Source: Candidatus Saccharimonadota bacterium (GTDB lineage Bacteria; Patescibacteriota; Saccharimonadia; Saccharimonadales; Saccharimonadaceae). Taken from it: 64,000 nucleotides of DNA. The notes under the pieces are model-generated. The model saw nothing but the letters and a program-made list of their open reading frames with translations, ran no database searches and was not told the DNA's origin. This document shows positions 46,059 to 55,884 of this stretch, in pieces. The translations under genes and the position numbers were made by a program. The stretch spans positions 3,524 to 67,523 of the forward strand of contig JAFRAS010000007.1 of the NCBI GenBank assembly GCA_017405265.1, read 5' to 3'. The number at the start of each line of letters is the position of its first letter. The first letter of the stretch is position 1.

Positions 46059-46795
46059 TAATCACTAACATCCAGAGATTCTGTCTCCAAGACGGCCCCG
46101 GAATTAGAACCACGGTTTTCTTGAAAGGTTGCCATTTGCGCTGCCCATGGTGTTCGAATCCCGAGACTCAGGAGCGCGAAATCCAGACATCCATAGACGG
46201 CGATCAAATTTTTGGAAAAGAATATTCAGCGGACGAAGTTTTCGAGATTATAAAAAAAGACAAGACTTATTACAAAAACGGCGGCGGCGTTACTTTTTCT
46301 GGCGGCGAGCCAATTTGGTGGATCGACGAACTAATCCCGCTTTTTGAAAAAATTCATAAAATCGGAGCAACTATCGCCGTCGAAACCACCGGCAGCGTCC
46401 CGCGTCCTTTTTACGAAAAAGCGCTACCATATATCGACTATTATCTCGTCGATTTAAAAATTCTCGTCTCAAAAGATGCCGAAAAAATCCGCCTCGACCC
46501 AAACGTGTACCAAAAAAACATCAAATGGCTGCTCTCGAAAAAATGCAAGCTCAATTTTCGCACCCCGCTCGTCCCCGGCTTCACTTTCACAAAAGAAAAT
46601 ATCAAACTGATTAAAAAATTTTTATCCGAAAACAATATTACGGAACTCGAAGTTTTTGAAACGCACGAATTTGGCAAGCAAAAATATGAACTCCTCGGCC
46701 GAAAGATGCAACATTTTTCAAATCTCACCAAAGAAGATTATAATTTTCTGGAAAAAACTCTCTCTCCGATAAAAGTGAAATATCTAAAGTGGTAG
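46055..46795 (+). CDS. GRE-activating radical SAM enzyme
   Basis: DGPGIRTTVFLKGCHLRCPWCSNPE, GGVTFSGGEP. Confidence 0.94.
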   Translation: MIITNIQRFCLQDGPGIRTTVFLKGCHLRCPWCSNPETQEREIQTSIDGDQIFGKEYSADEVFEIIKKDKTYYKNGGGVTFSGGEPIWWIDELIPLFEKIHKIGATIAVETTGSVPRPFYEKALPYIDYYLVDLKILVSKDAEKIRLDPNVYQKNIKWLLSKKCKLNFRTPLVPGFTFTKENIKLIKKFLSENNITELEVFETHEFGKQKYELLGRKMQHFSNLTKEDYNFLEKTLSPIKVKYLKW

Positions 46796-46814
46796 TTCGT
46801 GTTATAATTATCTC

Positions 46815-47942
46815 ATGGACAAATATGACTTCCTCATCATCGGCTCTGGCATCTTCGGTGCTACTGTTGCCGAGCGCCTGAAATCCGCCGGAAAAAAAGT
46901 TCTCGTCATCGACCGCCGCGCCCACCTCGCCGGCAATATTTACTCCTATATGGACGAAAAAACCGGCATCGAAGTCCACGCCTACGGCTCCCATATTTTC
47001 CACACTGAATCTGACGAAGTCTGGGATTATATCACTAAGTTCGCCGATTTTAACGATTACGTCCACACTGTCCACACTCGCCACGACGGCAAGCTCTACC
47101 CCATGCCCATCAACCTCGACACAATTAATCTGTTCTATGGCACGAATTTATCCGCCGCCGAGGCCGAAAAATTCATTAAACAAAAAGCCGAAAAAATCGA
47201 CCGCCCGAAAAACTTCGCCGAACAAGCCAAATCTCTCGTCGGCACCGAACTTTTCGAAGCTTTCTTAAAAAACTACACCGAAAAACAGTGGCGCGACTCC
47301 GCCGAACATCTCCCCGCCGCCCTCCTCTCGCGCATCCCCGTCCGCTTCTCCTCCGACGCCCGCTATTTTATGTCCGCGAAGCATCAGGGCATCCCGAAAA
47401 ACGGCTACACGAACCTTATCAAAAACCTCTTAAAAGGCATTGATTATAAATTAAATACCAGCTTCAAAGACCTCGAGCCGAGCCTAAAAAACCAAACTAT
47501 AATCTACACCGGCGCCATCGACGAGCTCATGGACTACGAATTTGGCGCTCTCCCCTATCGCTCCCTCCGTTTCGAAACCGAAACCGTCGAAAACTCGGCA
47601 CAAAAAGAAGCCGTGATTAACGAGGCCGACGCCGACGTCCCCTACACCCGCACCCACTCTTATAAATACTACCAAATCCACTCCCCCGAAATCATCAACC
47701 AACCTCTCTCGGTCATCTCCCGCGAATACCCCGCCGACTTCAAAATCGGTGCCGAAGCCTACTACCCTGTAAACAACGAAGATTCCGAGGCTCTGTATCA
47801 AAAATATTTGAGTGCCGCGCGCGAAAAATACCCGAACATGTACTTCGGCGGCCGTCTTGGCGCCTTCCGCTACTGGGACATGGACATCGCCGTAAAAAAC
47901 GCCCTTGACCTGTCAGAAAAAATTTTAAAGGAGACGAAATGA
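46815..47942 (+). CDS. glf: UDP-galactopyranose mutase
   Basis: GSGIFG, HAYGSHIFHT, YTEKQW, LPYRSL, YYPVN, GRLG. Confidence 0.95.
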   Translation: MDKYDFLIIGSGIFGATVAERLKSAGKKVLVIDRRAHLAGNIYSYMDEKTGIEVHAYGSHIFHTESDEVWDYITKFADFNDYVHTVHTRHDGKLYPMPINLDTINLFYGTNLSAAEAEKFIKQKAEKIDRPKNFAEQAKSLVGTELFEAFLKNYTEKQWRDSAEHLPAALLSRIPVRFSSDARYFMSAKHQGIPKNGYTNLIKNLLKGIDYKLNTSFKDLEPSLKNQTIIYTGAIDELMDYEFGALPYRSLRFETETVENSAQKEAVINEADADVPYTRTHSYKYYQIHSPEIINQPLSVISREYPADFKIGAEAYYPVNNEDSEALYQKYLSAAREKYPNMYFGGRLGAFRYWDMDIAVKNALDLSEKILKETK

Positions 47943-48964
47943 ATATCCTCTTGACCGGCGGCACCGGCTATATCGGTTCCCACGCCGCCGTCGAACTTTT
48001 GAACCTCAGCCACGACCTTACTCTGCTCGACAATCTGAGCAATAGTAAGCCAACTGTCGTCGAAAAAATCGCCGAAATCACCAAAAAATCCCCCGAATTT
48101 ATAAAAATCGACCTGCTCGACGAGCCGAGCCTTAATGATTTTTTCCAAAATCACTCTTTCGACCTCGTCATCCACTTCGCCGGCAAAAAGGCCGTCGGTG
48201 AATCCGTCGAAAAACCGCTCGAATACTACGAAAACAACGTAAAAGGCTCGATTAACCTCTTCAAAGCCATGTCGAGACACGGCATAAAGAAGCTCATTTT
48301 TTCCTCCTCTGCCACCGTTTATGGCATGCGTGATGTCGAAAAATTCACTGAAGACATGGAAACCGGCATGAATATCAGCTCCCCCTACGGCCGCTCGAAA
48401 TTCATGATTGAAGAAATTTTGAAAGACCTCGCCGCCTCCGACCCGGACTGGCAAATTTCACTCCTGAGATATTTTAACCCAATAGGGAACCATCCCTCCG
48501 GTCTCATCGGCGAAGACCCGAACGGCACCCCGAATAACTTAATGCCGATTATTATGAAAGTCGCAAAGGGCGAAATCCCCGAGCTGAAGATTTATGGCAC
48601 CGATTACGACACCGAAGATGGCACCTGTCTTCGCGATTATATCCACGTCGTCGACCTTGCGAAAGGCCACGTCGCCGCGATGAACTACCTCTCGCCTGGC
48701 GTCTCGATTTATAACCTCGGCTCCGGCGTCGGCACCTCGGTGAAAGAAATGGTCGAGGCTTTCGAATTCGCCTCGGGAAAACCTCTCCCCCACTCTTTCG
48801 CTCCCCGTCGCCCCGGCGACATCGCCCGCATCATTGCCGACCCGGCGAAAGCCAACCGTGAGCTAAACTGGCGTACTACCCTCTCAGTCAAAGACGCCAT
48901 GAAAGACACGCTTACTTTTCTCAAAAAATCCCCCGCGAGCAGGGAGAACAACTATATACCCTAA
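47939..48964 (+). CDS. galE: UDP-glucose 4-epimerase
   Basis: GGTGYIGSH, KAVGESV, RYFNPIG, RDYIHVVDLA. Confidence 0.96.
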   Translation: MNILLTGGTGYIGSHAAVELLNLSHDLTLLDNLSNSKPTVVEKIAEITKKSPEFIKIDLLDEPSLNDFFQNHSFDLVIHFAGKKAVGESVEKPLEYYENNVKGSINLFKAMSRHGIKKLIFSSSATVYGMRDVEKFTEDMETGMNISSPYGRSKFMIEEILKDLAASDPDWQISLLRYFNPIGNHPSGLIGEDPNGTPNNLMPIIMKVAKGEIPELKIYGTDYDTEDGTCLRDYIHVVDLAKGHVAAMNYLSPGVSIYNLGSGVGTSVKEMVEAFEFASGKPLPHSFAPRRPGDIARIIADPAKANRELNWRTTLSVKDAMKDTLTFLKKSPASRENNYIP

Positions 48965-49011
48965 TTATACCACACTTTCCATTTTTTGTCAACTGATGCT
49001 ATAATTTTCTT

Positions 49012-49713
49012 ATGAAATCTAAAGAAGAGCCCACCTCCCGCCACCAGGATGCTACGGTCCCCGCAGACTACCCCTATAACAAGCGCCCGAACCCCCTCGA
49101 GAGACTAATTTACTTCCTCCTCTTCCTCTACGCGAAATTTCACCTAAAATTCATCTTGAAAACCACTGTAAAAAACAAGAAAATCCTCCCGAAAAACTCC
49201 CCCTTCTTCCTCTACGCGAACCACACCCAACCCCTCGGCGACCCCTTCCTCGCCGTCACTCTGTTCTACCCGAACACCCCCCGCGTCCTCGTCTCCCCGG
49301 CGAACCTCGGGATTCCTTTCATCGGCCGCTTTCTCCACCTCGCCGCCCTCCCCATCCCGAGCGACTTGAAAACCCTGAAGCGCTTCAATCGCGCTTTGAA
49401 AGACGCTTACGAAACCAATCACCCCATCATCATCTTCCCCGAGGCCCACGTCCTCCCTTATTGCCCGATCATCCGCGAAATCTCCGAAAAATCCTTCCGC
49501 CCCGCCGCGAAACTCCGCTCCGACGTTTACGTCATGACCACGACCTACAAAAAGCCCAAATTCGGCAAAAAACCGAGAATTATCGTCCACCTCGACGGCC
49601 CCCTCTCCCCCGACCCTGCCAAAACCGCCTCTGAAAACGCCTCCTTCCTCTGCACCACTACCCTCAAAACCCTCCACTCTCGCACCAAAAACAATTACAT
49701 CTATTACCCATGA
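49012..49713 (+). CDS. PlsC-like glycerolipid acyltransferase
   Basis: ANHTQPLGD and IFPE blocks. Confidence 0.78.
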   Translation: MKSKEEPTSRHQDATVPADYPYNKRPNPLERLIYFLLFLYAKFHLKFILKTTVKNKKILPKNSPFFLYANHTQPLGDPFLAVTLFYPNTPRVLVSPANLGIPFIGRFLHLAALPIPSDLKTLKRFNRALKDAYETNHPIIIFPEAHVLPYCPIIREISEKSFRPAAKLRSDVYVMTTTYKKPKFGKKPRIIVHLDGPLSPDPAKTASENASFLCTTTLKTLHSRTKNNYIYYP

Positions 49714-49737
49714 CGTTTTTATGGTATAATAACAGAT

Positions 49738-50127
49738 ATGGAAGAAAAACGCTTCAGGGAGTGGATTGAATTAAAGGAAAGAATTCATTTTAGCAATTCC
49801 TTGCCAAAAATCAAAGAGGACGACATTTGGTGGTGTAGCTTTGGCGAGAATGTCGGCATAGAAATTAACGGTAAAAATAAGCTCTTTTCTCGCCCAGTTT
49901 TCATCTACAAAAAGCTCAGCCGCTTCGGTTTTATAGGCATACCACTGACTTCGCAGGACAAGACCGGCTCGTGGTATGTGAAATTCGATTTCCAAAACAA
50001 GCCCCAAACCGCCGTATTGTCCCAGATTAGAACCTTCAGTGTTTCTCGGCTTTCGAGCCGCATGGGGAGACTAGACAAAAGCGACGCAAGGAAGATTAGG
50101 AACGCAGCCAGAGCATTTTTTAGCTAA
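49738..50127 (+). CDS. Orphan PemK/MazF-family toxin
   Basis: DIWWCSFGENVGIEINGK..FSRPV..IPLTS..QIRT. Confidence 0.88.
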   Translation: MEEKRFREWIELKERIHFSNSLPKIKEDDIWWCSFGENVGIEINGKNKLFSRPVFIYKKLSRFGFIGIPLTSQDKTGSWYVKFDFQNKPQTAVLSQIRTFSVSRLSSRMGRLDKSDARKIRNAARAFFS

Positions 50128-50176
50128 AAAATATTCCCAACTCTTTCGAGTTGGGCCGCGGCTATTGCCGAATATA
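50126..50176 (-). ncRNA. Candidate three-way-junction small RNA, copy 2, convergent with pemK
   Basis: Minus-strand TTGACA(50210)-17bp-TATAAT then TATATTC-GGC AATA GCC-GCGG-CCCAACTC GAAA GAGTTGGG-AATA-TTTTT. Confidence 0.7.
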
Positions 50177-50226
50177 CCCTCATTATATCAAACATTAAGC
50201 GCTTTGTCAATAGTCAAGGCCAAAAG

Positions 50227-50392
50227 AAGCTCCGAGAAAACTGCTTTTTCGCTGTTATGAAAAAACTCTCTATTTTGAAATTTTTGCGAAACAAGCCGAG
50301 TACGCGACAGTCCGCGACGCAGGCTTGACTTGAGCAAAAATTTCAAAGAGAGATTTTTTCATAGGCGAGAAAAAGTAGTTTTCTCGGAGCTT
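50227..50392. repeat. 166-bp imperfect palindrome, family A
   Basis: AAGCTCCGAGAAAAC...GTTTTCTCGGAGCTT; core alignable to 1782-1947. Confidence 0.9.
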
Positions 50393-50416
50393 TTACAAAT
50401 GTGCTATAATAAACTT

Positions 50417-51610
50417 ATGTTTATCCGCCGAAACCACAAAAACCGCGAAAACCTCGAAACTCGCAAAAAACACCTAAAAGGTGACACTTTAGTCGAAGTC
50501 ATGCTCGCCATGGCCGTCTTCGGCGCGGTGATTATTTCGACCGTCAGCATCATGAACCACGGCCTCCAATCCGCCGAAGCCACCCTCGAGGACTCCATGG
50601 CCCGAAACGCCATCGACGTCCAAGCCGAATCCCTCCGTTTCGTCGCCGAAGTTTACACCGCCGAAATCCGCGTTGACCCGACGAAATACGAATACGCCGC
50701 CGTCTGGAAATACATCACCGACCACGCCGTCGCCCCCGCCGAATTCGAAGCAAAATACCGCTACGGCTCCCTGACCTGCACCGATTATTACGACGACTCC
50801 GAGCTAAACTCCGAATCCTCGAAGGTCAAGGCCGGCGAAAGCTTCGTCCTGAACCCCCACAAACTCGATAAAACCTCCGCCCACGACGCCATCTCTTACT
50901 TCTCCACCGGCGCCGACGAGTCAAAAGTCAAAAAAATCGTCATTCCATCGAAAGACAACGACAATTTTATCCCCGCCGACACCTACCCTCGCCTCATTTT
51001 CGACTCCGATTTGAACGCCAACTTGATCGACGAGGGAACAAGAGAATCCGTGAGCCAGGTCGCCGGCCTCTGGGTCACCGCCGTCTGCGACAGCACCGGC
51101 GTCGTCGGCAACCGTTGCAACGCTTACAATGTCACCAACGCCCCAAAATACTACGATTTCTACATCCGCACCTGTTGGACCCCGCCCGGCTCCGACTTTG
51201 CCACCACCATCGGCACCACCATCCGCCTGAAAAACCCTGCCATCACCGCCAGCACCACCGGCTCCGGCGTCGTCACCCCGACCGTTTACAACATCACCTA
51301 CGATTTCAACGGCGGCCGCTTTGAGACTGAACTCGAAACCACCTTCTCCGACATCGCCTCCACTCTCGCCGGCGGCTCTCTGAATGTCCGTGCTCTCTCC
51401 GACCTCACCTACCGCGCCCACCTCTCTCTGAACTACTGGACGACGAACGCCGACGGCTCCGGCACCCGTTACTACCCTGGCTCCTCTATTACCCCGCCCG
51501 ACAACATGACCCTCTACGCCCAGTGGCGCGACGTTACCTGCGCCGACTACCGCGCCGACCCCTCCCTTACCCTCCCCGACGGCCTAACTTGCGACGAGGA
51601 GGACTCCTAA
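50417..51610 (+). CDS. Type IV pilin-like protein with C-terminal InlB B-type repeat
   Basis: KG|DTLVEVMLAMAVFG prepilin motif; ITYDFNGG..WTTNADGSGT.Y..G....N.TLYAQW. Confidence 0.85.
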   Translation: MFIRRNHKNRENLETRKKHLKGDTLVEVMLAMAVFGAVIISTVSIMNHGLQSAEATLEDSMARNAIDVQAESLRFVAEVYTAEIRVDPTKYEYAAVWKYITDHAVAPAEFEAKYRYGSLTCTDYYDDSELNSESSKVKAGESFVLNPHKLDKTSAHDAISYFSTGADESKVKKIVIPSKDNDNFIPADTYPRLIFDSDLNANLIDEGTRESVSQVAGLWVTAVCDSTGVVGNRCNAYNVTNAPKYYDFYIRTCWTPPGSDFATTIGTTIRLKNPAITASTTGSGVVTPTVYNITYDFNGGRFETELETTFSDIASTLAGGSLNVRALSDLTYRAHLSLNYWTTNADGSGTRYYPGSSITPPDNMTLYAQWRDVTCADYRADPSLTLPDGLTCDEEDS

Positions 51611-52092
51611 TGTTCCTCGAATCCTCCACCTCACTCCAAAAATCCCGCCGCCGCGCGAAAAAATCCGACCGTTCCTTCTCTGATTTCGCCCGCATTATCG
51701 CCGCCGCCGTCATCGTCATCTCTGTCCTCACCCTCGCCGTCAACGTCGCCATGAACGAAATTTTCCGCGAAGACCGCGTCGCCGAGCGCGCCCTCGCCTC
51801 CCTCGCGAAGGATTACTACGAAAATTACTATTTCGACCATTTCAAAGAAACCACCTCCGACCCCACCGACACCTTAAAAAAATACTCCGAAATCGGCTTC
51901 CCCTCCGTCTCTCTCCGCCAGCTCCTCCTCGTGGACAACCGCCGTTTCGCCCCTTATGCCTCCTCCTTTAAAAACTCCCGCTATGCCTGTAACCAGGAAC
52001 TCACCACCATAAAAATCTACCCGAAAGAGCCTTACGGAAAAACTGACTACGACGTAAAGCTCAATCTCTCCTGCTCCTGGCTAAATTCGTGA
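51610..52092 (+). CDS. Hypothetical single-TM protein
   Basis: ATG overlaps the upstream stop; one TM; native codon usage. Confidence 0.7.
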   Translation: MFLESSTSLQKSRRRAKKSDRSFSDFARIIAAAVIVISVLTLAVNVAMNEIFREDRVAERALASLAKDYYENYYFDHFKETTSDPTDTLKKYSEIGFPSVSLRQLLLVDNRRFAPYASSFKNSRYACNQELTTIKIYPKEPYGKTDYDVKLNLSCSWLNS

Positions 52093-52104
52093 TATAATTA
52101 CCTT

Positions 52105-53406
52105 ATGAAAAAGTTCAACACCTCCCCCGTCTCTGGCACCGAGGAGTTTCTCCCCGCGACCCAGCGCATTTTTGACGCTTACCTCGAGAAAATCCGCGAG
52201 GTTTACCACAAAAACGCTTACCAGAATCTCGAGACTCCCCTGATTGAACGCACCGAAGTTCTGTTGAAAAAAGCCGGTGGCGACACCGAAAAACAGATTT
52301 ACAAACTAATAAAAACCTCCGAAGACCCCTCGGATTCCTCCGAAGCTCTCCGTTTCGACCACACTGTCCCCCTCGCCCGCTACGTCGTCGAACACGAAAG
52401 CTCCCTCGCTTTCCCCCTGAAAGTCGCCCAAATCGGCCCCTCTTTCCGCGGCGAGCGCGCCCAGCGCGGTCGTTTCCGCGAATTCATCCAAGCCGACATT
52501 GACATCTTAGGCCGCGGCTCCCTCGACGAATTCTACGATTTCGACGTCATTTCGACCCTTTATTCCGCCCTCTCCTCCCTTGACGTCCCCGGCGTTTTCG
52601 TTCGCATCTCCTCCCGCCGCCTCTGGAATGCCCTCTTTTCCGCCCTGGACATCACCGAAAAATCCGCCGAAATTCTCGGTATTATCGACCACGCCGAAAA
52701 AGTCCCCGAAGAAAAAACCCTCGCCTCTCTGAACTCTCTCGGCCTCCCCGAGGGCTCCGTCGAGGTTCTCTTGAAAGCCCTCTCTGTTCACGGTTCTCTC
52801 GACGCCGTTTCCGCCCCCCTCTTCTCTTTGGCCGAATCCCTCTCTTATCACGATTTTTCTGCCTCCCTCGGCTCTCTTCTTGCCCTCGCCTACTCTCTGG
52901 AATCCGCCGGCGTCGCCTCCGAGGTTGACCTCCGCATCGTCCGCGGTCTCGATTATTACACCGGCACTGTTTTCGAGTTCGGTCTAAAAGACTTCCCCGA
53001 AGTCGGCTCCATCGCCGGTGGCGGAAGATACGAGAATTTGACCTCCTATTTCTCCGACCAAAAATTCGAAGGCGTTGGTGGCTCGATTGGCTTCTCTCGC
53101 CTCTTCTTCGCCCTCCGCGAGAAAAACCTCCTCCCTGCCCCCTCTCTCCCCGTTGACTACCTTTTCATCCCCATCACCCCCGACGACCGCCTCTATTCCG
53201 CCTCTCTGGCCCAAAAAACGCGAGAGTACGGCCTTGTCGCCGACACCCTTTATATGACGAAGCCTCTCTCCGATCGCCTCTCTTACGCCTCAAAAATCGC
53301 GAAATACGCCGTAATAATCGGCGAATCCGAGCGCCAGGGCGGCGAAATCACGAAAAAAGACCTCGAATCCGGCGAAAAATCCCTTTTCAGCCTTGAAAAT
53401 CTTTAA
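52105..53406 (+). CDS. hisS: Histidyl-tRNA synthetase
   Basis: LRFDHTVPLARY, FRGERAQRGRFREF, VRGLDYYTG, GGGRY. Confidence 0.97.
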   Translation: MKKFNTSPVSGTEEFLPATQRIFDAYLEKIREVYHKNAYQNLETPLIERTEVLLKKAGGDTEKQIYKLIKTSEDPSDSSEALRFDHTVPLARYVVEHESSLAFPLKVAQIGPSFRGERAQRGRFREFIQADIDILGRGSLDEFYDFDVISTLYSALSSLDVPGVFVRISSRRLWNALFSALDITEKSAEILGIIDHAEKVPEEKTLASLNSLGLPEGSVEVLLKALSVHGSLDAVSAPLFSLAESLSYHDFSASLGSLLALAYSLESAGVASEVDLRIVRGLDYYTGTVFEFGLKDFPEVGSIAGGGRYENLTSYFSDQKFEGVGGSIGFSRLFFALREKNLLPAPSLPVDYLFIPITPDDRLYSASLAQKTREYGLVADTLYMTKPLSDRLSYASKIAKYAVIIGESERQGGEITKKDLESGEKSLFSLENL

Positions 53407-53429
53407 TTTTTGTGCTAAACTGTCCCTAA

Positions 53430-53504
53430 GGTCTCGTAGTATAGCGGTTAGTACATCGGGTTTTCATCCCGACAATGCGGGTTCGACTCCCGCCGAGATC
53501 ACCA
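53430..53504 (+). tRNA. tRNA-Glu(TTC)
   Basis: GGTCTCG/CGAGATC acceptor, TCGGG-TTTTCAT-CCCGA arm, TTCGA loop, CCA. Confidence 0.97.
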
Positions 53505-53582
53505 CGAAATTAGCGACGCTTTGGCGTCGCGTTTTTTACGAAGTAAAAAACGGGCTTTTGCCCCGCAGAAGCCCTAATTTCG

Positions 53583-53645
53583 TGGAAGGGCGCGAAGCGA
53601 TACATCTTTTTCGAAGAAAAAGATGTTAGAGCGAGCGACCTACCA
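53583..53645. repeat. 63-bp family D repeat
   Basis: Flanks identical to the 1579/1659 copies; central hairpin ACATCTTTTTC-GAA-GAAAAAGATGT. Confidence 0.9.
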
Positions 53646-53716
53646 AGAGGGAAGCGACCTCAAAAGCGCTTATTTTAAAACATTCTAAACACAACCGCAA
53701 TAAAATGCTAAAGGTA

Positions 53717-53745
53717 TTGACTTTTTCGCCAATGTGTGCTATAAT
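53717..53745 (+). promoter_or_regulatory. Sigma70 promoter ahead of a ~180-nt leader
   Basis: TTGACT-17bp-TATAAT. Confidence 0.75.
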
Positions 53746-53932
53746 TAAACCATTCTGAGGCTTTTCGAAGAGTTTGAGTCTTAGAAGCCCATTAAAATCG
53801 AATCATCCCAGATACAAATCTATCTGTATCTGGAATGTGCTAACGCGCATTTTTCTTCTTTATCTCGGTTAAAAACCGTTTCATATATATGTAACCCGTT
53901 TCCCAATCGACTTTAGAGGAGGAGAATGTAAA

Positions 53933-54352
53933 ATGAATTTCTTCGGTTGGATGTTCGTCATCATCACCTTCCTGACCGGCACTGCTTCGGTCGGGACTTT
54001 CGTGGAATCCGCCCTGGATTACCACGGATGGAAACCCTGGGTCATCGGCCTCGCTGGCGGCTTAGTCTTCGGCCTGCTCGACGTCATCGTCGTGTCTGGC
54101 GGACAAGGCTGGCTGGCTCTGGCACTGGTGGTCCTGGTCGCTGCTAGCGAAATCGTGTTTGCCAACAAACCCGCTCGCTGGCTCGGCACCGCACTCGCGA
54201 GTTCGTATGTCTATGCGTTCTCGCTGTCTCTGGGCTACAACCCCCGCGCCCTGAGCGCTTGGGCTGGCGCCCTTATCCTGGCGCTCATCTCCATCGCAGC
54301 CGTTTGGATCTGCTACGGAGTGAGCAAATACATTGACAACCATAGGAGGTGA
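53933..54352 (+). CDS. Small multi-TM membrane protein
   Basis: SD GAGGAGG; 4-5 hydrophobic helices. Confidence 0.75.
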   Translation: MNFFGWMFVIITFLTGTASVGTFVESALDYHGWKPWVIGLAGGLVFGLLDVIVVSGGQGWLALALVVLVAASEIVFANKPARWLGTALASSYVYAFSLSLGYNPRALSAWAGALILALISIAAVWICYGVSKYIDNHRR

Positions 54353-55884
54353 AGGTCATGAGAATCTTCTCGCGCATCGTTGCTATTCTGACGGCGTTGG
54401 TCATCGCGGCCTTCGCCGTCTCGGCTATCTGGCCTGACACCTGGGCCGCGGTCGAAAACTGGTGGAACACCACCTTTGCTCGTCGCCCCCCGGAACAGCC
54501 CGAACAGCCAGAAGAACCTGAGGAACCCGAAGAACCGGACGAACCGGAGACAACTCTGATTCCCATCACGGAACCGGAAGTAACTCTGATTCCGATTTCT
54601 GAGGCGACCGCCACTCCTGGGCCTGCCCTGGCCTGGAATGGCTTACCTTACGACTACTTCTACTTCAACGGCAATTCCGCCGCTGAAAACCCCGTTTACT
54701 TCGGTAAACTGGGAAGTGAGAGCAACGGTCCGGACCAGCTCGCGATTCAAAATTACGAGCGGGGAAGAATCAATGCTTCTGTGGTCCCCACTAACCCGAA
54801 GAAATGGTCGAACGCCGAAAAGACCGACCGCATCGCCTGGGATAAATCCGCGATTTATCGCGTCGGATTTTATCAGGCTGAAGCTCTGAGCGAATGGGTG
54901 GCTCGCGCCCCCAAAACTCTCATGCCCGCCGGTCTGAAAAGCATGGACGACACCGCGTTTGATGAGTTGCTGTCTTTCGATAGCAACGGCCCTGCCTGGC
55001 GCACTGAGGCTCTGACGAAGCTCTATAATGCTCTGAACAGCCCCAAGACAACCTGGCAGTATGCCATTAAAACCGGCACGGTCCGTTGCATGTATTGGGA
55101 CGGTCGCTCTGAAAAGCGCCCCGAGTATCTCACCTTGAGTTCGGAGAGTGTAAAAAACGAATTGTTCGTGATTATCACCTTCGAAAACGGCGAGAAACTC
55201 ACGCTGGACGTCCAGAGGAGTTACGAGCCTCTGATGGGGAAAAAGCAGCCGACGGTGACTGAGGAAATCACCCCCGTAGTCACTCTGAAGCCTACTCCGA
55301 CCCCGACGCCCGTCGTCACGGAGACTCCCACAGAGAAACCCACGGAAACCCCGACCGAGAAACCTACGGAAACTCCCACGGAAAAACCCACGGAGACTCC
55401 GACTGAAAAGCCGACAGAGACTCCCACGGAGAAACCTACGGAGACTCCAACAGAGAAGCCGACGGAAACGCCGACTGAGAAGCCGACGGTCACCCCGGCA
55501 CCGGTCACCCCGACCCCGATTCCTTCAAAGAATCCGGACGGTGGCCCCCAGGGCCAGACGGAGGGTGAAGACCTCCCTTTTTCGGGGGGCACTAATCCTC
55601 CGATTGGTGCCGACGAAACTCCGGAACCCGAGCCGAAGCCTCAGCCGACCGAATATGTCGCGCCGACCGTGGTAGTAACTACTCCCACCCCGGCGCCGGT
55701 GGTCGTAACGGAAGCTCCCGCTCCGACCAATCCCCCGGCCGAGGCCACGCCGACGCCGAAGATTGACGAAGGAGAGGAACACAAAACGGATTTGAGCGAA
55801 CAGCATCAAAATCCGCCCGAACCGGAGCCTGGTCTCGAGGTTGAGCCTGAAGGCTACAGTGAGGACCCGGCGCCCCCGCGTTAA
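54349..55884 (+). CDS. Membrane-anchored Pro/Thr/Glu-rich surface protein
   Basis: N-terminal TM, PEE repeats, globular middle, (ETPTEKPT)7 stalk. Confidence 0.8.
   Translation: MKVMRIFSRIVAILTALVIAAFAVSAIWPDTWAAVENWWNTTFARRPPEQPEQPEEPEEPEEPDEPETTLIPITEPEVTLIPISEATATPGPALAWNGLPYDYFYFNGNSAAENPVYFGKLGSESNGPDQLAIQNYERGRINASVVPTNPKKWSNAEKTDRIAWDKSAIYRVGFYQAEALSEWVARAPKTLMPAGLKSMDDTAFDELLSFDSNGPAWRTEALTKLYNALNSPKTTWQYAIKTGTVRCMYWDGRSEKRPEYLTLSSESVKNELFVIITFENGEKLTLDVQRSYEPLMGKKQPTVTEEITPVVTLKPTPTPTPVVTETPTEKPTETPTEKPTETPTEKPTETPTEKPTETPTEKPTETPTEKPTETPTEKPTVTPAPVTPTPIPSKNPDGGPQGQTEGEDLPFSGGTNPPIGADETPEPEPKPQPTEYVAPTVVVTTPTPAPVVVTEAPAPTNPPAEATPTPKIDEGEEHKTDLSEQHQNPPEPEPGLEVEPEGYSEDPAPPR
55321..55488 (+). 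repeat. Seven 24-bp coding tandem repeats (ETPTEKPT)
   Basis: Identical peptide, seven different DNA versions. Confidence 0.95.

Noticed and set aside
55321-55488. DNA-level array or VNTR
   Set aside because: Variation is confined to synonymous positions, so it is a protein repeat
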